This document shows positions 23,465-44,132 of a DNA stretch of 44,132 nucleotides, piece after piece. A model generated the notes under the pieces. That model was not told the DNA's origin. It searched no databases and was given only the letters and a program-made list of their open reading frames with translations. The stretch comes from Priapulus caudatus (Eukaryota). Each line of letters begins with the position of its first letter. Position 1 is the first letter of the stretch. The position numbers were made by a program, and so were the translations under genes. Location: contig NW_014577066.1 in assembly GCF_000485595.1 (NCBI RefSeq), forward strand, positions 735,302 through 779,433, written 5' to 3'.

Positions 23465-23701
23465 GTGTGTGTGTGTGCGTGTGTGTGTGTGTGCGTGCGT
23501 GTGCCGGGCGCGCGTGAATGCGTGCGTACGTACGTGCGTGCGGGCGTGCGTGCGTGTGTGCGTGTGTGTGCCCGGGCGTGTGTACGTGCGTGTGCCGGGC
23601 GCGCGTGAATGCGTGCGTATACGTACGTGCGTGCGCGCGTGCGTGTGTGCGCGCGTGCGTGCGTGCATGTGTGTATGCGTGCGTGCGTGCGTGTGTGTGT
23701 G
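22969..23701. repeat. (GT)n/(GCGT)n alternating purine-pyrimidine tracts
   Basis: Tracts at 22969-23085 and 23410-23701. Confidence 0.9.
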
Positions 23702-24219
23702 GCGAAGCTGTTTAGCGTATAAACCGAGAAGCAGGAGCGCCAGCTGCTGTTTTCTCCAACGTCATATAACGCGAATATGTATGCGGCTACGCTTATATAT
23801 GTATGTATATATATGTATATCAGAAGTAGATATTAGGGAAAAGTGCGACCCTCGAGAACACGCGTATGCCTCGCGTGCGCGCGGCCTTCAGCCGGAGAAT
23901 TCTCCCCGGAAGTGGTGAGCACGTGAAAGCCTCGCCGTGCGTAGGTGTGATTGATGCAAAGATGTAATTAATACAAGGATGCTTGACTGTCTAGGGACGG
24001 CCCAGAGTCGGGGATCGGGCGAGGGAGGTCATGTGGGTCGTTTGACGAATCATACAGAGGGACTCATCTAGAGGTGGTTAGCTAGGGGCGGTTAGTTACA
24101 GGCGGTAGTAATGGCGATGTTACAAGCTCCTGTCCTGTTGTCAACGTCACAAGTTTCAACCCTGCTACCGATGTTACAAGTTGTGATTCTTGCTGATGTC
24201 GCGAATTCCAGTCCTACTG

Positions 24220-24700
24220 CTGACGTCAGAAATTTTATACCTGCTGGTGCCTTCATAATTTTCAATCCTTGGTGACGTCACGAGTTTGAACCATTGATAG
24301 CGTCCCAAGTTTCAGTTCGTGGTGACGTCACCAGTTTCATCTCATGGTGACGTCACTAGTTTCAACTCTTGGTGACGTCACTAGTTTTAGTCCTTGGGTG
24401 ACATCACTACTACAGTTCTTGGTTACTAGTTTCAGTTCATGATGACGTCACTTGCTTCGTCCCTCAATGGCTACACAAATTTCAGTCATTGCATGGTGAA
24501 AATTTTAGTTCTTTGTGACGTCACTACTTCAGTTCGTGGTGACGTCACTAGTTTTAGTTCTTGGTGACGTCACTAGTTTCAGTTCTTGGTGACGTCACTA
24601 GTTTCAGTTCTTGGTGACGTTACTAGTTTCAGTTCATGATGACGTCACTTGCTTCGTCCCTCGATGGCTACACAAGTTTCAGTCATTGCATGGTGACGTG
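24220..24700. repeat. 25-bp minisatellite (GGTGACGTCACTAGTTTCAGTTCTT) upstream of CYP26
   Basis: TGACGTCA at 24221, 24273, 24323, 24348, 24373, 24443, 24516, 24540, 24565, 24590 and 24640. More degenerate units extend back to ~24110. Confidence 0.9.
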
Positions 24701-24819
24701 ATGAGGTGGTGACAGGCGGGCCTTGCGCTCGCGCGGCCGGGGCGGCGGCGGCAGCGCGTGCTGTGCGCACGGCCCGGACCGTCTGACAAAACCGCCGTCA
24801 ATCGCGCGCGCGGCGCGTG

Positions 24820-24898
24820 TGAACGAAGCTTGACCCGGCACTGGTCCATATTCCGACCAATCAGCGCAGACACCTGCGCCCGCCGCCTCGCTATTTAA
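24820..24898 (+). promoter_or_regulatory. CYP26 proximal promoter: DR5 RARE-like element, CCAAT box, TATA-like box
   Basis: TGAACG-aagct-TGACCC at 24820-24836 (GGGTCA N5 CGTTCA on the minus strand), gaCCAATcag at 24857-24861 and TATTTAA at 24892-24898. The context is GC-rich, ~330 bp before the ATG. Confidence 0.6.
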
Positions 24899-25226
24899 GC
24901 CGCCCTCCGAGGAACGAAGACGAAGTCGGTTTCGCGAAGGATCGACCCATCCATCACAGCGAAGAGGAAACCCGTTCTAGTCCCACGCACGCAGAGAGAG
25001 AGAGAGAGAGAGGGAGACATACACATCGACAGAGAGAACGAGACAGAGACGTATCGATACTTCCAGAATACCTATCGTCGCGACACACGCTAGAAAGCCG
25101 GAGAGACGGAGCTTGTGAGAAGGAAGAAACAGCTCGAGAAAGAAACCAGAGAGCGGCAAGCGAGAAGACTCAGGAGGAAAAGGACCGGCGAATAAGAGGA
25201 CCGCAGCAACATAGTCACCACCAACG

Positions 25227-36766
<11,540 letters not shown>

Positions 36767-36826
36767 AATTTCAACACACGCGCGTAGCGTAATATACTAT
36801 GCGCTATATACTACTACGTATGCATA

Positions 36827-36874
<48 letters not shown>

Positions 36875-37341
36875 AAATCGAGCGATGGCAAATAGCGGAG
36901 ATGGGGATGGAGCGGGTATAGAGAGAGAATGAGAGCGAGGAGAGAACCGTCTGTAATGCATGCAAACATGCAATGCGTGCGTATGCGTGCTTCCGTACGC
37001 GTATGCTTGTTAGTGTAAATGGGAAGAAGGAGGGGGGGGGTTAATGAGTGATACATCAAGACGAGGCAACATTGCTACTTCGTGTATGTACAGGGTACCT
37101 GTCAGTGCATCGGTTCTTTGTTTGCAATACTTTCACTGCAGTGACCTAGTACTACCGTACACGGTGTGGACCTAGATTTATGTTAAGCGTGCATCACACA
37201 ACATAACACACGCACGGAAGCACAAAGATCACCGCTGCACGGGTGTCCTTTACATGCCCCGGAAGGCCCGGGCAAAAACCTTCTCTAAATCTGACAGCTC
37301 ATCGCTCGGCTGTGGCCTTCGTGTGACCCGAGACATCTTAA

Positions 37342-37821
37342 AGACGCACAATGCGCATCCAAACGCTAATCTCTCCAGTACTAGACTAGCAAATACTTCG
37401 TGGCATGCATAATCACACTACCTTATGACAAAATAAACTCTAGTTGCTCCCATTTCACTGCGCGTTTGCTTAAAACCCACAAGAAAGAGGTGAGAAAACT
37501 GGCATTCTGGCGCCAACGCCGACTTGTTTGCCACACAATTTAGCCTCGAAATGGTTAGGTGACGTCACATGTTTTATCTTTGCTACACCCGTACCGCTGT
37601 ACCGCAGCACCGCTGCACGGTTGCTTGGGGAAACTGTCAACAACATCGGAAAATTTGAACAACATTGGAGGTCTTTTCAAATACCTTTTATAAGACAACG
37701 CGCAGTGAAATGGGAGGAACTAGAGTTTATTTTGTCATAACGTAGTGTAATTATGCATGACACGAAGTATTTGCTAGTCTAGTACTGGAGAAATTAGCGT
37801 TTGGATGCGCATTGTGCGGCT
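37342..37821. mobile_element. Kolobok-like MITE, ~130-bp TIRs, TTAA TSD (duplicate at ~30913-31400)
   Basis: ttaa|AGACGCACAATGCGCATCCAAACGCTAAT... and ...ATTAGCGTTTGGATGCGCATTGTGCGGCT|ttaa. Confidence 0.8.
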
Positions 37822-37942
37822 TTAATTTATTAGAAACTTTTCTAGAGTGTTAGTCGTGCAGACGTGCCGACTCACCCGTATCTCAAGTTCATGCCTTTAA
37901 AGTTTCAATGTCACGTCTCACAGTCCCATCGTCATGTCTTAA

Positions 37943-38065
37943 AGGCCTCTGCACACGGTGCGAATTCGGCGCGCGCCAAAGGCGCTGCGTCAAATTCGCA
38001 CCGTGTGCGGGCTGGTTTACGTACGCCAATGGCGCGCACCGAATTCGCACCGTGTGCGGGGGCCT
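37943..38065. mobile_element. Small Harbinger-like MITE (duplicate at ~31524-31651)
   Basis: AGGCCTCTGCACACGGTGCGAATTCGG / CCGAATTCGCACCGTGTGCGGGGGCCT, flanks TAA / TCA. Confidence 0.65.
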
Positions 38066-40518
38066 TCACGGTCTCAAGGTCATGTCTTACGATCTCAAAG
38101 TCACACGAGTGACGTCACCCGTGCGCCGTGCCCGGCTTCTCGGAAAATCCCCAGTTGGACGCGAGCAGACGCCCATGTCAAGTGATCCCGCTCGCGTCCA
38201 ACTAGAGATTTTTTTTTCAGATAATTTTTGCCGGATAATTTTTCACGGTCGAAATATATACCTGTCCCTCATGCTTCGACCGCGTGAAGCCAGCCAATCT
38301 CGCGGCCCATTAATCTCATCCTTGCACCTGCCAGTGAGAGGCTGCGTGCTCGGTGCAAGAACGACGCCGTGAACTTCGCGCAGTCAAACCGGGGGGGGGG
38401 GGGGGGTAACTTGTTTGTTAGTTTACGATGAGGTGGGCGGTGACGGCTATATGCTATCTATAGTCCATAATAGAAAGTCCAACGTCCAAAAGACCAAGAG
38501 ACAATTTTCTATTATGGACCCTTGATGCTATCCACTGATGGAATGAGAAACCCCGTTAACGTGTACAATGATAATGACACTCGTACTATTGTCATAATCG
38601 CCGCATTTATCTGTAGAATTTTCCTGCGCCGTACATGTAGGCCTATGCGTGCGCGGACAAAAAAGATAGAGCGGGGGGTGGTGAGAGAGGCTGGAGAGTG
38701 GGGTAGTGCCCGAGTGAGAGAGGCTGGAGAGTGGGGTAGTGACCGAGTGAGAGAGGCTATGAATCAAACGTGGTGTGGCTGTTGTGTCGGCGCGCGTCGT
38801 GCGTGGTGTGTGGTGTTCCTGCTGTGGATTGTGTGCGCGGTGGTGTGTTTGTCGTGTGTGTGTGTGTGTTGTGTGTGTGTGTGTGTCTGGGGGGGCGGGG
38901 GGGGGCAGTGAAAGGGCAGAAAGACAAAGGTAGTGAAACCTAAAGAGTAAGCTTACTTCGCGATGTACATGATTTTATTTTTGAAATAAACAATCCAATT
39001 GAAAATATTTTGATATTAAATAAACCTTTATTGACTTTTCTTATATCTCTCTATATATACACAGAGCCTTTATACATGTACATAGTTAGTTGTTGAATTT
39101 GACATTCGCCTGATTAGTCTGGCAGCCTTAGACTGATATACGCAGTCGATATTATGTGATCATAGCCTAACAGCCATTTAAAACGAATTTCACAATTACG
39201 CATAAAAATCACATGGCATAGAATTATGCATATTAAACAATACATGGGCGATAAACACGTATAAATTAATCAATCATCGCAATCAATCAAATCGCGACGA
39301 TAAGATTATATGGTGTAGTGGGTTTACTATTGAATATATCGATAACCAATCAATCACTCGACTACTGATGATTATCGTCAATCAGAACACTGCGATAACA
39401 TAATAAAAAAAGTTAAAAAGAATCGAGCTCCAGTGGCGCAAAAACTGGCAAACGTTCGAGGAAAGAGAGCCCCGGTTATCCCGACTCCCGATAAACCCCA
39501 CGATGTCGTAATCATGTCAGACAGAGAGGTGAACATACGTAACACGCGATCCGTATAATTGCTCCCCCCCCCAGCCCACCACGAACACCCGAGCTGAACA
39601 CATTATTGTACCTGCGATTAATCGTGCACGCGATTTAACTGGTTTGATCCCTCGCTCCCAGACGCAGCGTCTGCGTGCATTTATCTACGACTACGACTGG
39701 CGGAGATGGGAACGGTGTCTGGGTGGGGAAGGTTTTTTCCCCCTCGCGCACTGGCTGCAGGAACCCGCACCATAAGTGCCCCCCCCACACAATTGCTTGC
39801 TTTGCGGGGTCGGGGACAAGGTCTATTATCTTTCGTGACGTTACCTGTCTATGATCATAAAGCCCACGCAAGAGTCGCGTAGGTTCGTGCGTGAACGAGC
39901 GTGCGTGCGAGCGTGGTCGTGCGTGCGTGCGTGCGTGGGCATGCGTGCGTTGGCGAAGATCTCGGCTGTGGGTACGTACGCAGTTGAATCCGCCATTCAA
40001 CTATCTTTCGAGCTCTGATAACCATGGAAACGGACACAAGTGCCGTGAACGATCGCGGTGACGTCACCCTATTATTGTTGACATCTGACATCTTTTCCGT
40101 GCGCCAATAATACCGGCCTGCCCTACATCTCAGCACAAATAAGTCTCGACGCTGCACGCAAACAACGTGTGAGCGAATTCAGTATCTCGTACGACCGACT
40201 GGCCCAGTACCCGCTAAGAGGGAAGCACAGAAAAACACGCGTCCACATGAAAGTGCCGATGCGGTGCACCCAGTCTCGCCACTCCCTTTCCCGCCCCCAA
40301 CGACGATTTTTATTCGTCTCAAATGTACCCGAACAAATTATGCTAATTTATTATGCTCGATTTGTTATTTCTAATCAATAACAAGACTAATCTCCTACGA
40401 AAAATGCGATGCGTGGGGATGGCTAGCAAGGGGGAGCTAGATACTGGAGTTGCCTTAGAAACGCCTACACAGGCGCAATGACGTACGCACGAACGTACAT
40501 AAATATTACTGATGATAT

Positions 40519-40600
<82 letters not shown>

Positions 40601-42039
40601 GCTAACACAGGAGTACTACAGCCTACCCTAGCACAAAGTTACGCTTGCGACGCATACTAGCACGGCCTAAGACACACACACACATACACGTTCCTACAAA
40701 TACACACCATATTTAGCGAGGTCGATGGGCATTTTGCATACAGTTTATTACCTCAGATTAGCTTAAGGCGACGATAACAAATGACGTAAAAAAACTTTGG
40801 CACGGCGTTTTTCCATAAGAGGCAGGTCTCCTACACAAACGGCTCGGGGAGGCGGTCGTTGCCACGGCAACGGAATTATGGCTAGTCTTCTCAGCCGAGT
40901 TAGCTGGGGTGCATCACCACAGCTTCCTCGCCAGTCACCAACCCAGGCCATCACGAGCAGTTGCAAGTACTCAACATGATTAATCATATTAAAAAACACA
41001 AATTTCGCATGAATACAACACAGACCAAGACTAGCATATCAAAAGTTACATATAATTATGATCAATGGAACTGTGTCATAATTAAATCACGTAAATATAA
41101 ACTTGCCGATGCAATTTTGTACACCCCCCTTCCCCGTTTGATTAAAATACTGATTAGGCAAAGCATTACAAAAGCATTACAAACAGAACATTGCTAAATT
41201 CTAAATAAATTCGTGAACATGATCGTTGCAACGACAATGGACATCATAACAAAGACAAAAACAAATCTATAAGCATTAATTCGAAATCTCTATACATCGT
41301 GCAACTACTGTAAATATGCCACGTTCTCGAAATGCTTCCATAACACAAGCCGTTCGACACTCACGCACACGCTGGTTATAGTGCAACGGTACCACGCATG
41401 AAACAAAGAAGCACACCTCCCTAGGACTATGTATATAATAGAATTATAGGGCTCATTAGGGCTGTCGGTCCCAATTCACAGCTCTACTCCTAGCCATATA
41501 GCACGACGATATAGATGCACGTACGCACGTACGCAAGCACGCACACACGCACGCGAGCATGCACATGAAAATTGATACCATGTCGCCAACATTTAGCTCC
41601 TTACATTTGATGTCTTACACTTCAAAGTATGATGATAAACGAATTTTACCTAAGAATCTACGGCACTAATGTTGAAGCTTGTCAATCAGAACTTGCTACC
41701 TCACTAAAATCGTGAACACGTTGTAAAAAAATATAGCCACTTTTATTCCAAAGCAACATCGCGAACTCGTTTTTCGCTAGCAAATTACGTCTCGAAAAAT
41801 CGAGAAATGGAAGCTCAAGAGTGTAAAGCCGACCGTCACACACCTTCACCGCATGGAAGTGTAAAGCACAACTACAGTGTAATCGGTTAATTAGAGATCG
41901 TTGTGTAGTAAATTGCTGCCTATTGTTGGCTGCGAAGAGGCACCTCAACCCCAACAGAGAATGCATCTCAGAGAGTCCCCCTCCTGCTCTTCCTGCAGAG
42001 CTGGAAGCACCGTCAAGGTAAACAAGCTTAGAAAAGACA

Positions 42040-42220
42040 CAAAAGTCACGATGGTCCTAAAGGTCACCAAGTGTGTAAAGGTCAGCAAGGTCATCAGGGT
42101 CACCAAGCTTGCAAAGATCGCCAAGGTCGTTAATGTCACCAGCCTGCAAAAGTCACCAAGGTTGTCAGGATCACCAAGCTTGCAAGGGATGCAAAGGTCG
42201 GCAAGGTTTCCGAGGTCACT
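42040..42220. repeat. Degenerate 9-bp-based tandem (aaggtcaccaag-like) in the DOCK 3' UTR
   Basis: Recurrent ggtcaccaag / ggtcagcaag / gatcaccaag / gatcgccaag. Confidence 0.65.
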
Positions 42221-42285
42221 GTGCCACTTCCTCAACGCGGGGTCAACGGCGGAGTATGGATGCGGGTTTTCTGCCTCCCTCCTTC

Positions 42286-43651
42286 CTAGACGGCCGTCCC
42301 ATCGTCGGGCGAACCATTAGCTGGTTCATCCTTTGTGGCCGGTCGCATGGGTTTCTTTGGCGGGGTTGGTGGAATGTCTTCATCCTCAGGTAGAGGGGGC
42401 GGCGGCTGCCAAAAACACAGGCGACTCTTGGTAAATGTGTGGTGATATCACAGGAAAAGTGAACAGCTTAACACATTAACATCAGATGCAATTTCAAGAT
42501 CTGGAAGTGAGGAACACTACAGGAGAGCAATAGTGGATGATACAACAACTCAACTAATTATATAATGAAAAGCAGATGTTAATTGGGTTGACACTAAGAA
42601 AGAAGAACGATGAAATGAACAAGAATTGATGGGGGAAAAGACAAGAATTAAACAATGCTGGAAAAAAACAACAACAATGAAATGGAGCCGCATCGGTAAC
42701 AAGCGATTATGCAATTTGAGGAGCGCTGATAGGCGATATAACTGAATATAACTGAAAGGCGAGCACACTGGAATAGAACAACACTGGCTCTACCGCCAAC
42801 GAGTGAGTGTTGCATTGTCACGAGATTCTCAGTGAAATCTCGCATCTACAACTCATCACCAGCTACCTTGTCCTTGACGCGTGTGTGCAGCATGGACCGG
42901 GTGTTCTTTGGTCCGAGCAGCTGACCTGTATCCACTATGTTCGTGTAGTCGGCCTGTGCAAGCTTCTGGGGGAGAGGGGGCGGCTCGTCTGAGAAGTCAC
43001 CCGAGGAAGGGGTGGAGCGGTCCAACGAACCTGCGGAAGTGAGTCATCACGTGAAGGTAAAGATGAACTGTAAAACACGATCAACCGCTCAGTTGTTCTG
43101 CAGACCTTGACATTTAAACAGGTGCACGTATTTGTGCGCTTCGAATTAAGCCTAATTCGTGTGCTGAAAATACAAAGACGAGTTGTTGCAGTTAGACATA
43201 TGGTATGAGAAACAGTGAGACAATTATCATGAGAAGTTAATTGCAGCAGCGACAGCAACGGTGAAGAAATAATTTAAAAAACTATGAAAAAATCAAGAAC
43301 AAGAATGCTAATAAAAGAAAAACAACAACAACTGTAACTGCCACATTTGCAATTATCTGTTTCGTTTTTGTTTTACACTCGTGACAGTCTGTAGTGAAGT
43401 AGTTTTAACTGCTCAACACATTGCATCTATCAGATTTTTTCTCCATGAAAACGTCTGTCTTCAGTACATACATGTATTTGTATTTGAATTACATGATTGT
43501 GATAAAAATTTAATAATAATAATAATAATGGGAACGGACCGGTGGACGATGTGGAGGCCTGTGACATGCGGTGCAGCTGCTTCAGGTGGGTTGTCAGGTG
43601 GGCGCTGTTTCTCTTCTCAGGGTCAGGTCGCATCGGTCGACGTGGCTTCAG
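42286..43651 (-). CDS. DOCK1: 3' end of a DOCK1/DOCK180 (myoblast city/CED-5)-like Rac GEF; last three exons, gene continues beyond the window
   Basis: Exons 43651-43540 (LKPRRPMRPDPEKRNS...STSST, phase 1), 43030-42867 (GSLDRSTPSSGDFSDEPPPLPQKLAQADYTNIV...KDK) and 42405-42286 (PPPPLPEDEDIPPTPPKKPMRP...AV*). These resemble the DOCK1 C-terminus PPPLPLKGSVADYGNL...PPPLPSKTPPPPPPK (Crk SH3-binding PxLPxK motif). Confidence 0.75.
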
Positions 43652-43667
43652 CTGCAATGGACAAGCA

Positions 43668-44132
43668 AAGCCACACTCAGTGACCTCATCACTCACTCCG
43701 AAGCCACACTCAGTGACTTCATCACTCACTCCGAAGCCACACTCAGTCACCTCATCAACACCACTGAAGCCACAGCCTCAGTGACTTCATGCACTCACCT
43801 CTGAACGCCACCACTCCAGTGACCTCCATCCACTCACCCTCTGAAGCCCACACCCGTCAGTGCTTCATCAACTCACCTCTGAAGCCACACTCGAGTGACT
43901 CATCACTCACTCCAGAAGCCACCATCAGTGAACTTCATCACCTTAACTCCGAAGCGCACCACTCAGCTGACTTCAACACTCACTTCCGAGCACACTCCAA
44001 GTCACCTCATCACCTCACTCCCAAGCCACACCCAGTCACCTCATCACTCACCGCTCCTTGAAGGACCGCCACACCCCAGTGACTTCATCACTCATCCGAA
44101 CGCCACACTACAAGTGACTTGCCATCACTCAC
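43668..44132. repeat. 33-bp minisatellite (aagccacactcagtgacctcatcactcactccg) in a DOCK intron
   Basis: Units start at 43668, 43701 and 43734, then degrade with indels toward the window end. Confidence 0.9.

Noticed and set aside
19965..23918. HT/CV-rich ORFs
   Set aside because: Translations of (CA)n/(GT)n microsatellites.
24026..24040. AGGTCA-tgt-GGGTCG DR3-like site
   Set aside because: A single imperfect match at a spacing not typical for RAR; expected by chance.
24220..24700. CRISPR-like array
   Set aside because: Units are contiguous with no unique spacers, there are no cas genes, and the context is eukaryotic; it is a minisatellite.
41901..42320. 139-aa K/V/T-rich ORF as a separate gene
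   Set aside because: It arises from a 9-bp-periodic repeat antisense to the DOCK 3' UTR, has a non-ATG start and no domain.
43668..44132. S/T/P/H-rich mucin-like ORFs
   Set aside because: 33-bp intronic minisatellite with frameshifting indels.

Overview
Eukaryotic (invertebrate-type metazoan) draft scaffold with several N-gaps; no prokaryotic features. Three spliced protein-coding genes were reconstructed by hand from splice sites, exon phases and family motifs. (1) A compact CEP57/translokin-like centrosomal coiled-coil gene on the minus strand (coding exons ~4806-9859, possible extra first exon near 13484-13508). (2) A complete 4-exon, 499-aa CYP26-family cytochrome P450 (retinoic-acid hydroxylase family) on the plus strand (25227-36766). 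(3) The last three exons of a DOCK1/DOCK180/Mbc-like Rac GEF on the minus strand (42286-43651), tail-to-tail with CYP26. The most interesting signal is the CYP26 promoter: a near-consensus DR5 retinoic-acid response element, CCAAT and TATA-like boxes in an arrangement reminiscent of vertebrate CYP26A1, directly preceded by a 25-bp minisatellite carrying 11 perfect TGACGTCA (CRE) palindromes. A ~6.4-kb tandem duplication carrying a frameshifted copy of CYP26 exon 4 looks like a long-read gap-filling artefact. The rest is a ~540-bp satellite, a three-level nested MITE stack, several MITEs with diagnostic TSDs (7-bp, 9-bp, TAA, TTAA), telomere-motif-containing Helentron-like elements and microsatellites. 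Family assignments come from remembered motifs, not database searches. No clearly novel multi-gene system is demonstrated.
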